Source: a virus. From it: a stretch of DNA of 64,000 bases. The notes under the pieces are model-generated. The model did not search any database and had not been told where the DNA came from. It saw only the letters and a list, made by a program, of their open reading frames with translations. Location of the stretch: IMG/VR virus record IMGVR_UViG_3300045747_000527, positions 1 through 64,000 of that record; one strand, given 5' to 3'. Both the position numbers and the translations under genes were made by a program. Positions 17,191 through 26,796 of this stretch are shown one piece after another; within the stretch, counting starts at the first letter, position 1, and each line of letters begins with the position of its first letter.

Positions 17191-18098
17191 CGTTGCCTCT
17201 GGTAGATGGCGAAAATGTCTGCGATGGGCTGCGTGGTCAGTGAGTCGATATCTTGGGCATTGGCAAAGTTACGGATAGGACTGGGCTCGAAGTCCCGCAG
17301 GTCTCCTAGCCGAATCGGTATCTGGTATTCTACCTCACTGCGGTCTATCTCGTGAAGGGTCAGCTCCTGGTGCACCACCGACCGCAATCGCTCTGTAGGC
17401 GTCGAGGTCACTACTCGCCACCTGCGGTTCTCGGATTCCACCAGCAGGTCCTTGGGCTTCAGCATCGGATAGTTGGGCAGCCGCGCCCTGGTGTCAGCCT
17501 GTAGCCGCTGGAGGTACGCCTGTGTTTGCACACTCTCCGTGTACGGATCGATCTGAACGTACACTTGAATTGGATCGAAATACCCACGAACAAAGCTGGT
17601 GTCATAGCAAGAGGCACAGCCGGACCTCCGCTTGGAGGACGTGAACCCTTTGCCCTTCTCTGGTCCGTCGTAGCAGAACTCACACCGCTTACCGAAGGTC
17701 CTCACCGGGAACAGGAAGCACGCTCTACCCGAGAACTCATTCCAGACAATGCGCTCTGCCCGCTGAATCTCCTGGGCTATGAGGTCAGGGTCTGGGTACT
17801 GGATGATGGACTCGGACTCGACGATGTTCTCCTGGTCCTTCTTCTCCACCGAGCGGATGCGGTAGAAAATCTGCCGCTGCTGGTGCATCGGGTTGACCTG
17901 GTTGTCGATGTACCGGTAGTGGTCCTCGAATGGGCCCGCGATAATGTCCCACGGGCCTTCAGGAGATTCAGAGCGGAGGACGTAGAACTGAAAGTCGTTG
18001 GGGTCAAGGGTAGTAGTTTCGATCTCCCAGAGGACCTCATAGAAGTCCAGGGAGAACGACCGCACCTTGGCGTTGACGATGTTCAGGTTCAGACCCAT
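17187..18098 (-). CDS. putative neck / head-closure protein
   Basis: N-terminal Ig/FN3-like segment, RCEFC...CASCY zinc site, MLKPKDLLVESENRRWRV beta-barrel motif; position in the head-tail region. Confidence 0.5.
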   Translation of the reverse strand: MGLNLNIVNAKVRSFSLDFYEVLWEIETTTLDPNDFQFYVLRSESPEGPWDIIAGPFEDHYRYIDNQVNPMHQQRQIFYRIRSVEKKDQENIVESESIIQYPDPDLIAQEIQRAERIVWNEFSGRACFLFPVRTFGKRCEFCYDGPEKGKGFTSSKRRSGCASCYDTSFVRGYFDPIQVYVQIDPYTESVQTQAYLQRLQADTRARLPNYPMLKPKDLLVESENRRWRVVTSTPTERLRSVVHQELTLHEIDRSEVEYQIPIRLGDLRDFEPSPIRNFANAQDIDSLTTQPIADIFAIYQRQR

Positions 18099-18104
18099 AC
18101 ATCC

Positions 18105-19079
18105 CTAGCAGTTCTCGTGATCGTAGCTGGCCTGCTTGTTCGAGTACTTGGCGCGTACCTTAGCCACCTGGGCTGCAGCCTCTTTCTTTTTGGCCGCCTC
18201 CAGGAACTTGAAATGCTGCTTAGATTCTCGGGTAAGCAGCTTTGGCTCAAGGTCTTTGAACCTTTGCGGGTCGATGTTAGGGAATTTTGCCCCCACAGCC
18301 CTAAGCTTTGCCATGAGGCCTTTATTTGCCGCCTTATCAGCCGCACGACGCAGAAGCTCAGGACTGATCGCTGTCTTCTCTAGCAAAAGCGCGCCACCAG
18401 TCTTCACCACCAGAGGCTGAGGCTCTTTCTTTTTCAGCAGAGCGTGGCCGGCAAGTAGGCCAGCCCCCAGGATACCTGCATGTGGCGCGACCATACGGGC
18501 AGCGCCGCCTACCCGAGCTGCGGTACTGAGGGCAGGGTTCTTGAGCATCTTCATGGCCATCCCTGGGCGCTCCATGAACTTTGCTCCGCCACTGGCGAGA
18601 CTCTTTCCTGCCGCGGCCCAACCGGTGCCCATGCTCTTCCCCATTTGCTTCGCAGAATTCACGACACCCCCACTGGCAGCCGCGGCTGCAGGTGCCGCTG
18701 CAGGAGCAGCACTGTGCACAGCAGCACCCATGCCGGGTATCGTTCCCTCGGCGGCACTCATGGGAGTCAGGGGGGTCAGCTTCGGCCTCAAGGCCCCACC
18801 TGGCATCGTACGACCCGAGGGTATGGGTGCTGCAGGGGCTGGTCCTGGCAGGGTCTTCTGGTGACTTAGGGGCACTGGTGGTGGCGTACCAGTAGGCCGC
18901 GCCGCTACTGACGCCTTAGCGGAGGGCTTCGCGGCCACTGTGGCTCCCGGACCCTGCTGTACAGGAAGCTGGCCTGCCTTCAGTTGTCGGCCAAAGGATG
19001 CCTCTTCCGGGTCGAACTCATCGAACCGACCAGCATCTGCGATCTTGTGCATCTTTCGTGCAAACTGTTCCAGATACAT
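18105..19079 (-). CDS. Ala/Pro/Gly-rich putative virion protein
   Basis: 324 aa; K-x-A motifs (HKIAD, EKTAI, NKQAS). Confidence 0.6.
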   Translation of the reverse strand: MYLEQFARKMHKIADAGRFDEFDPEEASFGRQLKAGQLPVQQGPGATVAAKPSAKASVAARPTGTPPPVPLSHQKTLPGPAPAAPIPSGRTMPGGALRPKLTPLTPMSAAEGTIPGMGAAVHSAAPAAAPAAAAASGGVVNSAKQMGKSMGTGWAAAGKSLASGGAKFMERPGMAMKMLKNPALSTAARVGGAARMVAPHAGILGAGLLAGHALLKKKEPQPLVVKTGGALLLEKTAISPELLRRAADKAANKGLMAKLRAVGAKFPNIDPQRFKDLEPKLLTRESKQHFKFLEAAKKKEAAAQVAKVRAKYSNKQASYDHENC

Positions 19080-19405
19080 TAGGCACCTATTCCATCAGAG
19101 AGAGTTAGTTGCGAGCGCAAGAATCCACGAGACTTGTTGGGGGCAGAGGAGGCCATTGTGGTGGCCGGCTTAGCCGCAGGCTTCAGGGCCTGAAGCCACT
19201 TACCCTGCTCCAGCATGGTGTTGTACTTCTCGCGGTTCGGGGAAATCTTCCCTTGCCGCGCGAGAGAGCCGAAGGCAGTACGGTTTTTGGCCAGGGCCGC
19301 CTCTACTCTACCAGCAGGGGCGCTGCTGATAGCTTTACGAACGACGCTGTCGGAGAGTGCTCCGATCTTAGTGAGCTCGTCAAAGAAGGCGTCCGTACTG
19401 AGCAT
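19079..19405 (-). CDS. putative head-internal protein with FxDELxKI N-terminus
   Basis: MLSTDAFFDELTKIGAL. Confidence 0.6.
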   Translation of the reverse strand: MLSTDAFFDELTKIGALSDSVVRKAISSAPAGRVEAALAKNRTAFGSLARQGKISPNREKYNTMLEQGKWLQALKPAAKPATTMASSAPNKSRGFLRSQLTLSDGIGA

Positions 19406-19407
19406 AG

Positions 19408-19911
19408 CTACAGTCTCGAAGCAGCCAACTTGATGGCCGCATCCCTGATGTGTTCGGGGGCTCCCTCTACAGCCTGCATAGCTGTACAGAGCATCTCAGC
19501 CTGAGCCGTCTTCTCACCAACGCCCAGGGCGTCTCCATAGTCCGCAGACCTCTCCCCTGCTGTGCGCTTGGGGTGGCCGTCTACCTCTTCCATCAACGCT
19601 GGAGAGATAGACGGGCCCTCCATGGCTCCGCGGCCGAGGCGCTTGATGGCTGCAACCATGGTGTTGAGCGGGGCATCAGGAAGCTCTGCCGACTCTGTCT
19701 TCTTGGGCACGGCCTTCTCAGACACCGCGGCTGGAGCTGCTGCAGCCCCGGTAGGAGTCACCGGTTCCGCGGAGCCCTCCACAGCTACCTTCTGCAGGCC
19801 AAGGACTTCCCTCAAATCAGAAACAGAGAGGCCCGCGTAAAGGCGGCGCAAGTCAGCCGAGGACTGCTTGGTCAGGTCTTCCTGGTACAGGTTCTTCAAA
19901 AAGGTATCCAT
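19408..19911 (-). CDS. putative virion/scaffold-like protein
   Basis: TKQSS, QKVAV, EKTAQ, IKLAA motifs. Confidence 0.6.
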   Translation of the reverse strand: MDTFLKNLYQEDLTKQSSADLRRLYAGLSVSDLREVLGLQKVAVEGSAEPVTPTGAAAAPAAVSEKAVPKKTESAELPDAPLNTMVAAIKRLGRGAMEGPSISPALMEEVDGHPKRTAGERSADYGDALGVGEKTAQAEMLCTAMQAVEGAPEHIRDAAIKLAASRL

Positions 19912-19924
19912 GATCTTGTCTCCT

Positions 19925-21022
19925 CTATTTTCCGCTCTTCAAAGCGTCGAGTTGGCTTCCCAAATCTTGTGATGTTTCGAGACCAGCGTTCTCCCGCTGC
20001 TTCATTCTATACTGCCGGACCTTCCTGATGATATAGGGCGCCGCCACAGCAGGTATGCCGAACTTCGAGGCGTAGGCCCCGAGCGCCCTACCACCCTGCA
20101 AAGCCCCGTGCCTGATGGCTTCCGCGGGCAATCCAGCTTTCCGCATGAGCTGGAGACCTTTGATCGAAGCATAGGCTTCCTCACCCAGCATCGGCACCAA
20201 CCCAAGAGCTGCTACTGCTGGTGCGAGCTTGGCCGAAGTACTATCGGGGTCACCCTTGGCGGCCATGTAGCTCGATCCGAGCATTGAGGCAACACCAAGG
20301 GGCATACCCGCACGACGAAATACTTTCGCGTAAGGCTTCTCACTGAACATCGCGTGCCCGAGCTCATGGGCAGCGACCATGGGGTTAGCCTTACCGGGCA
20401 TCGTTGTTACCCCGTGCTGCATCCCGTAGTCGATCACTCCCTCTGGAATACCCCGCCCACGCAAACCCAGTCTCTCTTTATCCTTGCCCAACTTCCCCGC
20501 GTAACCGCCCTTGGGCGTATGCTGCGCCTGCCCTCGGTTCCACTCTGGCGAGAAGACCACCCCACTGCTGTTCGGACGCACTACGCCCATCGTGCCGGTG
20601 CTGGGGTCTATCTCTACTGGGATGTTGTCCTTCGGGAACGCTGCACGGTACAGCTTTGCTGCTTCTTCCGCCGAAGTAGACTTGCCGACATCAGAGTCCT
20701 TGTTCAGCTTCTTGAGTATCTCTTTGCCGCCCCAACCGGCGAGGCTTCCACCAGTGGTGGCCAAGAGGGCTCCAGCACGTTCGTTGTTCTCGACCGCACT
20801 CTCATGCTTCTTCAGAGCCCCAATTTGATCTTCCCGAGATAGCCCCGGCTGCTGTAGGGCCGCCAGAGTTTTCTGCTCCGGGGCCGAACGTCCTCCCTCT
20901 TGTGAGCGATGGCGCAAGTACCCGAGACCACCAAGACCCGCGGTAGCCCCTACCGGGTACCACCACGGATCAATCTTGGCCTGCTTGATCTTAGCCAACT
21001 CGTCGAAGAAAGAAGGACGCAT
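19925..21022 (-). CDS. putative zinc metallopeptidase (HExxH) virion protein with FxDELxKI N-terminus
   Basis: VAAHELGHAMF plus downstream LGEEAYAS; N-terminus MRPSFFDELAKIKQA. Confidence 0.6.
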   Translation of the reverse strand: MRPSFFDELAKIKQAKIDPWWYPVGATAGLGGLGYLRHRSQEGGRSAPEQKTLAALQQPGLSREDQIGALKKHESAVENNERAGALLATTGGSLAGWGGKEILKKLNKDSDVGKSTSAEEAAKLYRAAFPKDNIPVEIDPSTGTMGVVRPNSSGVVFSPEWNRGQAQHTPKGGYAGKLGKDKERLGLRGRGIPEGVIDYGMQHGVTTMPGKANPMVAAHELGHAMFSEKPYAKVFRRAGMPLGVASMLGSSYMAAKGDPDSTSAKLAPAVAALGLVPMLGEEAYASIKGLQLMRKAGLPAEAIRHGALQGGRALGAYASKFGIPAVAAPYIIRKVRQYRMKQRENAGLETSQDLGSQLDALKSGK

Positions 21023-21025
21023 TGG

Positions 21026-21982
21026 TCACTTATCCTCGTCCTTTTTGAGTGCGTGACGGGCGATGAGACCTGCTGTGAGAAGTCCTCCAGCAGCGAGAGC
21101 TGCGTGTGGGGCCAGGAGTCTTCCAGCGCCACCGATGCGGAAAGCGTGGGAGGCCCTCTCTGCCCCCGGCAGATTGTCAGTCAACATCTTCACGCCCAGC
21201 TGCATGCGCGGATTAGCAGTAGCGAACGCCCCTCTGACTACCGCCGAGCCGTCACCACCTCCGAAGATAGTACCTGCAGGGCTCGCCAGAGCTTCACCGG
21301 CGCCATGCCAGCCACCCCTCAAGTCTGAGAGTGCGTTTCGTACCTTCGCCACTACCCCGTGATCGTCTCGCAGTTTGTTGTGTGTTCCATGAAGGCTTTG
21401 GGGTACGAGCCCAGGTTTAGGCTGGGGCGTGGGGGCATAGTCACCGGGGGGCATATACCTCGCCCAACCCTTTGCCGCTGCCTCCTTACTACTACCCACG
21501 GAGAACCTCCTGGCCGCACTCTCGGTAAACCGGCCCCGGCCAAAGCCTCCATAAGTGGGCAGTACGCCTCGATCTTTTAGAAGGGCGTGGGCCTGTTGTA
21601 CCTCCCCGGCCACACTCCCAATTACGCCTCCGGCCACGCCCCCCAGGAGCCCCGCATGTCGCATAGGCGGCACGAAACCCTTTCTGTTTTTGACCGCCAG
21701 TGCTAGCGCGACCATCTCTCCTAGACCTACGCCGGCGCCCGCTCCAGCCAAAGCGCCACCCACCATCCCTTTAGCATACCGAGACATCTGTTGGCCCACC
21801 GGGGCAGTCTGCTGCGCGACAGACGCGGCAAGTTGACCGCGCAGCCAAGATTCCGGAACGACAGGGTACTTCTCCTCATCACTCAGGGCAATTTTCGTGA
21901 ACTCCTGGGTGTGCGCCAGCGCTTCCCCAGCAAGGTGGTCGTCCACAGCTGCCAGCGCGTACGCTGCAAGCTTAGTGGACAT
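21026..21982 (-). CDS. Gly-rich putative virion protein with glycine-zipper-like segments
   Basis: Start MSTKLAAY (ATG 21982); GGALAGAGAGVGLG and GLLGGVAGGVIGSVAG. Confidence 0.6.
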   Translation of the reverse strand: MSTKLAAYALAAVDDHLAGEALAHTQEFTKIALSDEEKYPVVPESWLRGQLAASVAQQTAPVGQQMSRYAKGMVGGALAGAGAGVGLGEMVALALAVKNRKGFVPPMRHAGLLGGVAGGVIGSVAGEVQQAHALLKDRGVLPTYGGFGRGRFTESAARRFSVGSSKEAAAKGWARYMPPGDYAPTPQPKPGLVPQSLHGTHNKLRDDHGVVAKVRNALSDLRGGWHGAGEALASPAGTIFGGGDGSAVVRGAFATANPRMQLGVKMLTDNLPGAERASHAFRIGGAGRLLAPHAALAAGGLLTAGLIARHALKKDEDK

Positions 21983-23552
21983 GGACGACGGTTCCCTTTC
22001 CTCCACCCTTCGCCCCCTCTTCCTTCTTTGCCGCCGGCTTGGCTGCTTCGCCGCCCTCAGACTCGCCCCCGCCTTCAGCGGCAGGAGGAGCGGCCTCAGC
22101 AGGCGCAGCCTCAGCTGGTGCACCCGCTGGTGGCTGTCCCTGAGCCGCGGCTGCGTTGGGGTCACCGCCCATAGCTGCCGCGTTCGGGTCACCGCCAGGA
22201 AGGCCGCCCATTCCGGACGGGTCCTGCATCATCTGGCCGCTACCTGGGGTAGGAGCCATCATTCCAGGAGCTGCCATCTGAGCAGGGTCCTGGGACAGAT
22301 AATCGATCAGACCCTGACGGAACTGATTCATGCCCTGGAGCAGAGAAGTAGCCTGGGCCTGTGCTTCCTGTACCTGCTGCTGGCTGGACATGACCTGCTG
22401 GTGCAGCATCTGCGACTCACCCGAGGCCGCGGTCGCTTCTGTCCGTGCAGCATGGAGCTCTTCAGCTTGCTGCTGTACCGCAACCTCCTGCTCCTTCTGT
22501 ACTTGATCAAGCTGACCCTTCGCCAGCTCCGCAGCGGCCTGAGCCCGCTCAGCCACCTGCTGCGCATCCTCTGCCTTCTGCTGGTAGTGCTCTGCTTCAT
22601 TGCCCTTCTGGAGCATGTCGAGGATGCCCTCTAGTGGGTTGGGCACCAAGTCTTGATCTGGTGACACAAAAGGCTCAGCCGGCATAGGGTCCCCAACAGC
22701 GTCTCTGGTGGACACGGGCTGTGCCTGAGTCTCTGGGGAGTAGTTATCCTTCATCGGTTCGTCCTCTCCCACAGCAGTAGGGGAGTTCAGCTGAGCTGCC
22801 TTCTGCAAAACGCTGAGAACCCGAGCGACCTTAGCTTCAGGCTCACGGCTAGCCAAACCAGCTATCCCCTTGCCCGCGAAGTGGCCCGCTATGATCGAAG
22901 GAATCTTGTACCGACCCGGCATAGCCGAGCCAGCCATCCCACCTGCTGTGCTCAAGGTGTCCGAGAGCGCATCATCCGCACCGCCCTGTACACCACTGGA
23001 GATGGCGGTATCCCGGAGAGAGTCCAGGTCAATAGCCCCGAGGGCCTCACGTAGACGAGCCAGGGCTGCCGGATTGATACCAGCACCTTCCTTCTGAATC
23101 TCCGCGGTCTTAGGAGCAGCAGCCCGGTGGGCGTCTACGCCTTGCCCCGTCGCCTTGCCGAGCGCGTGACCAGCCAAAGCGCCCACACCGGCACGTACCG
23201 CTCGGTCAGCGGCCTGGCCCTTGCCAGCAACCAACCCTGTCACAGCACCCGCGGCGGTACCCAATGCCTTGCCCCACCGCTCACCTTTGGACGCACGCAG
23301 CTTCTCCCCGTGCTGAATCCTTTGGGCCACGGAAGAGCGGACACCCTGAAGGAGCCCTTTGTCTTCTGCGTCCTGCATGTCCTCAACGGATATGCCTCCC
23401 TCCGCCACCTTCTTGAGGAGGTCCACCTCGGTGGCCAATAGGCCGCCGGAAGCTAGCTTGACGCTGACGAAGTACTCAGCCGCCTTGATGAGAGGGATGG
23501 AGGTGTCCCGTCCAGGACGAAGCACGTCGTACAGAAGCTGTTCAGCGTTCAT
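21972..23552 (-). CDS. putative virion protein with coiled-coil and low-complexity C-terminus
   Basis: 526 aa; KAAE, KLAS, KVAE, KTAE, KEGA motifs; Gln/Ala coiled coil. Confidence 0.65.
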   Translation of the reverse strand: MNAEQLLYDVLRPGRDTSIPLIKAAEYFVSVKLASGGLLATEVDLLKKVAEGGISVEDMQDAEDKGLLQGVRSSVAQRIQHGEKLRASKGERWGKALGTAAGAVTGLVAGKGQAADRAVRAGVGALAGHALGKATGQGVDAHRAAAPKTAEIQKEGAGINPAALARLREALGAIDLDSLRDTAISSGVQGGADDALSDTLSTAGGMAGSAMPGRYKIPSIIAGHFAGKGIAGLASREPEAKVARVLSVLQKAAQLNSPTAVGEDEPMKDNYSPETQAQPVSTRDAVGDPMPAEPFVSPDQDLVPNPLEGILDMLQKGNEAEHYQQKAEDAQQVAERAQAAAELAKGQLDQVQKEQEVAVQQQAEELHAARTEATAASGESQMLHQQVMSSQQQVQEAQAQATSLLQGMNQFRQGLIDYLSQDPAQMAAPGMMAPTPGSGQMMQDPSGMGGLPGGDPNAAAMGGDPNAAAAQGQPPAGAPAEAAPAEAAPPAAEGGGESEGGEAAKPAAKKEEGAKGGGKGTVVHVH

Positions 23553-23571
23553 GGTAATCCTTTCAGATTTT

Positions 23572-24015
23572 CTACGTGTGGATCAAAACTGAGTAGCTCG
23601 GTCCCAGTAGCTGCACCTGCTCTGCAACGATGCTGGTCACCACCACTTCGGTCACCGTCTTGTTCGCCGTCGTGGAGAACCCTAGGAGGCTATTCGCCGT
23701 ACCAGTGCTCTTCACCACCTGTGCCGCGGTCATAATCGCCAAGCACGGCTGCTTGCTGTCATACCCGTAGTTCCGCAGAATCGCGGTAGCCAGCGCGGAA
23801 TCAGCGGCTTGTACCTGACCTAATATCTGCCGAGGACTGAGGCCTGCACCCGTGGCGTCCGCGAAAGTAACCGTTCGGTCTCCACCAGCTGTGGTGATGA
23901 TGAGGGTCAGCCCGTGCAGCCCGGAGGTAAGCAACGGCAGTGGCTTGCTTTGAACGACACCGTTCAGGAAGTCCACCAGTGCTTCGGGAGTGTTGAAAGT
24001 TTTGAACGTGTACAT
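23572..24015 (-). CDS. stand-alone copy of the sheath insertion domain; putative virion structural protein
   Basis: Start MYTF after AGGAG; LHGLTL...FADATGAGLSPRQIL...GTANSLLGF aligns by eye with sheath LNGTTL...LSDPDNVGLSAQQVI...GTANTILGF. Confidence 0.6.
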   Translation of the reverse strand: MYTFKTFNTPEALVDFLNGVVQSKPLPLLTSGLHGLTLIITTAGGDRTVTFADATGAGLSPRQILGQVQAADSALATAILRNYGYDSKQPCLAIMTAAQVVKSTGTANSLLGFSTTANKTVTEVVVTSIVAEQVQLLGPSYSVLIHT

Positions 24016-24023
24016 TTGATCTC

Positions 24024-24536
24024 CTAATAGATGCCGTACCAACCGTTGACGAACGCGTACTCGGACCTGACGCCGCTAGTGCCGAACAGCTGTGCGATAT
24101 TCAGAGATACCTTGATCTGAGTCTTCTGCTGCTCGTACTTATTCTGAAAGTCTCGAATCCACTGCATAAGCAACGGGCTCTTGTCTGAGACGCCCACGCT
24201 GATACCGCCGTCTGAGAAGGTCAACTGATTCCGCGTCTGGAGCATGCCCACAGACTGAAGGAGCGTGATGACTGTTCCGCGGATAGCGAAGCTCTGCATG
24301 TGCATCCGGCACAAGTCTTCAATCGAGTAGTAGCCAAGGAACGGAGGAGTACCGGCAAAGTCGGAGAGGAAGTCCATGATCCCAAATGCGATCATACGGT
24401 TGGAGTGTTCCTCTCCCTTGACGATGCGGTTGAGCTCTGAGAAGTCGCGGAGGAAATAGCGGACTGACTGCACGAACGAGTTAAAGACCTCGCTCGTGCC
24501 CGCTACCCCAGCCAGACCCTGAAGCTCTGGGGGCAT
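24024..24536 (-). CDS. putative head-tail adaptor (connector) protein
   Basis: Helical protein VRYFLRDFSELN...LLQSVGMLQTRNQLTFSDGGISV; position downstream of the MCP. Confidence 0.55.
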   Translation of the reverse strand: MPPELQGLAGVAGTSEVFNSFVQSVRYFLRDFSELNRIVKGEEHSNRMIAFGIMDFLSDFAGTPPFLGYYSIEDLCRMHMQSFAIRGTVITLLQSVGMLQTRNQLTFSDGGISVGVSDKSPLLMQWIRDFQNKYEQQKTQIKVSLNIAQLFGTSGVRSEYAFVNGWYGIY

Positions 24537-24537
24537 G

Positions 24538-24822
24538 CTACTCGCCCTTGTCCTTCTTCTGCGTCAGCCGGGCCTTCATAGGCGCTGCTTCGTCCATCAG
24601 TCTTCCCGCGGGTGCTGGAGATGGAGAAACGGCAGGGGCCTCTTCGTCCACCAGCACCTCACGCTGCACAAGGCTCTGCACAATAGGCAGCTTCGCCACC
24701 TGATCAGGCAGTTGGTCTACCACCTGTCCGGTCAGTGCGTGTGTAGCGCGTGAGCTCTTAGCGTCGATGGTCCAGCGTGCGACCAGTACTGGCCTGTCAC
24801 CGGGATTTGAGATCTTACTCAT
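24538..24822 (-). CDS. hypothetical protein
   Basis: 94-aa ORF in the late operon with overlapping ends. Confidence 0.65.
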   Translation of the reverse strand: MSKISNPGDRPVLVARWTIDAKSSRATHALTGQVVDQLPDQVAKLPIVQSLVQREVLVDEEAPAVSPSPAPAGRLMDEAAPMKARLTQKKDKGE

Positions 24823-25535
24823 GACTTCTTTCCCTTCTTCTTCTTGGGTTGCCTATCGCCAACATGCTCGGTCTCCGCGAACTCTTCCGCGGCTGGCTCT
24901 TCAACAGGCGTCTCTTCCTGCGCGGTGGTATCCAAGGAAATCTGCGGAACCTCGTCCGGCTGTGCCCCTCTAGCGGCACAATTCGCACAAAGCGCACTAT
25001 CCTCCGTCGCAGGGAGCTCACGGCACTGGATACAGACCCGTGGGCCCGCCTCGTCTGGGACTGGAAGCTCCGCCGTGACCTTCTCGGAATCCGGAGTCTC
25101 CACTACTCCTTCAAACTCCGGTGTTTCCAGCTGGCGCACCAGCTCATCGAGGCCCGTGACACCTTCAGGTACCACAGACGTAGGTGCCTCGCCCTGGGGC
25201 ACCAAGGGGGAAAGGGTAACTGCCAGAGGGGGCTCTACAGACGTGGGAGGCTTGCCTGGCACAAAATAGAGCAGCTGGCCGGCGTCGTTGGAGTCGATGC
25301 GTACTTGATCTGGACGCACGATTGATATCTCACCAAGTTGAACCTTGGCGAGCAACGAGACCTTGTTGTCTTCGAACTCTTTGGCCGTAATCAGGAGTGG
25401 CACACGCGGGAGCACTCGTTTCCCGAGAACCCAGGCGACAGCCCGGTGTTTCACCACAGCACTTTGGCGCTGCAGGCGTGAGGTAACGGCCCTCACCATG
25501 TTCTCGACTCGGTAGAAATTCCTGGGTTCAAGCAT
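24819..25535 (-). CDS. hypothetical protein with CxxC-x11-CxxC finger and basic tail
   Basis: Start MLEPRNFY after GGAGG; CIQC...CANC; ends KKKKGKKS. Confidence 0.65.
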   Translation of the reverse strand: MLEPRNFYRVENMVRAVTSRLQRQSAVVKHRAVAWVLGKRVLPRVPLLITAKEFEDNKVSLLAKVQLGEISIVRPDQVRIDSNDAGQLLYFVPGKPPTSVEPPLAVTLSPLVPQGEAPTSVVPEGVTGLDELVRQLETPEFEGVVETPDSEKVTAELPVPDEAGPRVCIQCRELPATEDSALCANCAARGAQPDEVPQISLDTTAQEETPVEEPAAEEFAETEHVGDRQPKKKKGKKS

Positions 25536-25551
25536 TGGAACGGACCTCCTC

Positions 25552-25592
25552 ATAAAGCAAAAGCGCCGAGCGCCAAGAATGGCACCCGGCGC
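25552..25592 (-). terminator. intrinsic terminator after the major capsid gene
   Basis: - strand GCGCCGGGTGCCA-ttct-TGGCGCTCGGCGC then TTTTGCTTTAT. Confidence 0.7.
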
Positions 25593-25625
25593 CTCTGCTA
25601 CAGCTTACTACGTTCGGCGCTGCTG

Positions 25626-26747
25626 CTAGTAGATTTCGACGTGCGGGAACGTCAAACCTGCATCAACACGATTGTTGACCGCGCCCAGATCTTCCTCTGC
25701 CTTCGGAGTCACGCTGGCAACGATGCTGTTGCTGTCGTTCAGCGAGCTGTCACCAGAGTAGGTCTCCAGCTTACGGACAGACGCGATGTTGATGATCGCG
25801 CTGCCGATGTCTTCCCATGCCTGCCACGTGATCAAGTTCGCGATCTTGTCGATGTAGAACTTGGTGTTGTTCAGGATGTAGAAGCGACCGAAGAAGTCAG
25901 GCTTCGTGAAGCAGTAGATGTTGCCGGGACGGAGGATGTCCGTCTTGATCGTGCGGCAGTACGCACGGCCCATCAACATGTTGTACTTGAAGCCCTCGAT
26001 CAGGGTCTCAGACTGGATACGGTTACCCTGGTCTTCCACCGTCCACTGGAGCAAATCGTCCCAGTCAACCTCGGTCAGCAAGACCATCTCGGCGCGAAGC
26101 CGATTGCCGTCCAGCATCTTGAAGAGGTTGACGAAGTCCGGCCGCTGCACTGGCAGAGCCACCGCGGAGTCCGCCGAAGCGGTACGAGCGAGCGCACCCT
26201 TGCGGATGGAGAACTCGACCGTGGTTCCGATGGTGGTGGTGTTCAGGACGGTGTTGCCGACGGTGCCACCGTTTGCTTCGAGTTGCAGAGCCTGGACAGC
26301 CGCTTCGATTGCAACCGAGAACTCACGGTCCTCAATCTCCTGGATGTCCTTGACGCTGTTGTCCTCGATGATCTTGGTGATCGGCATTTCATACGCCAAG
26401 AGTTCCTGCTCCGTCTTCTCGAACTTCTCCGAGGAGATGGTGAAGAAGGGGACCTCGGCGCGGGGCGCGCGGATGAAGCGTGCAGTGGGCTGACCACGGA
26501 AGGTCAAGACTTGCGCCTTGCTCTGTGGCTCGACGTCCACGATCTTCACGAGCGTATCGTGGTTGACCGAACGCTGACAATCAGCGCGGGTAATCTGTTG
26601 CGGTGGGACGATCTTCCTGTGGAAAGAGACCTCACGAAGACGGTCACGGATGTACGTTCCACCGTATTCTGCGATCTTGTCTTTGCCCTCTTGGGAGTCC
26701 AGCTTCTGCGAGAAGAGGTCGTTCACGAGCCTGCTTGAAGGATTCAT
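25626..26747 (-). CDS. major capsid protein (probable HK97 fold)
   Basis: 373 aa from MNPSSR (AGGAG RBS); YIRDRLREVSF.RKIVPP...EDREF pattern; follows protease and scaffold genes and is followed by a terminator. Confidence 0.75.
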   Translation of the reverse strand: MNPSSRLVNDLFSQKLDSQEGKDKIAEYGGTYIRDRLREVSFHRKIVPPQQITRADCQRSVNHDTLVKIVDVEPQSKAQVLTFRGQPTARFIRAPRAEVPFFTISSEKFEKTEQELLAYEMPITKIIEDNSVKDIQEIEDREFSVAIEAAVQALQLEANGGTVGNTVLNTTTIGTTVEFSIRKGALARTASADSAVALPVQRPDFVNLFKMLDGNRLRAEMVLLTEVDWDDLLQWTVEDQGNRIQSETLIEGFKYNMLMGRAYCRTIKTDILRPGNIYCFTKPDFFGRFYILNNTKFYIDKIANLITWQAWEDIGSAIINIASVRKLETYSGDSSLNDSNSIVASVTPKAEEDLGAVNNRVDAGLTFPHVEIY

Positions 26748-26796
26748 TGCATTTTCTCCTTGTTGATTTCTGTGTGTGCTTGCTCTGACCCGACCT

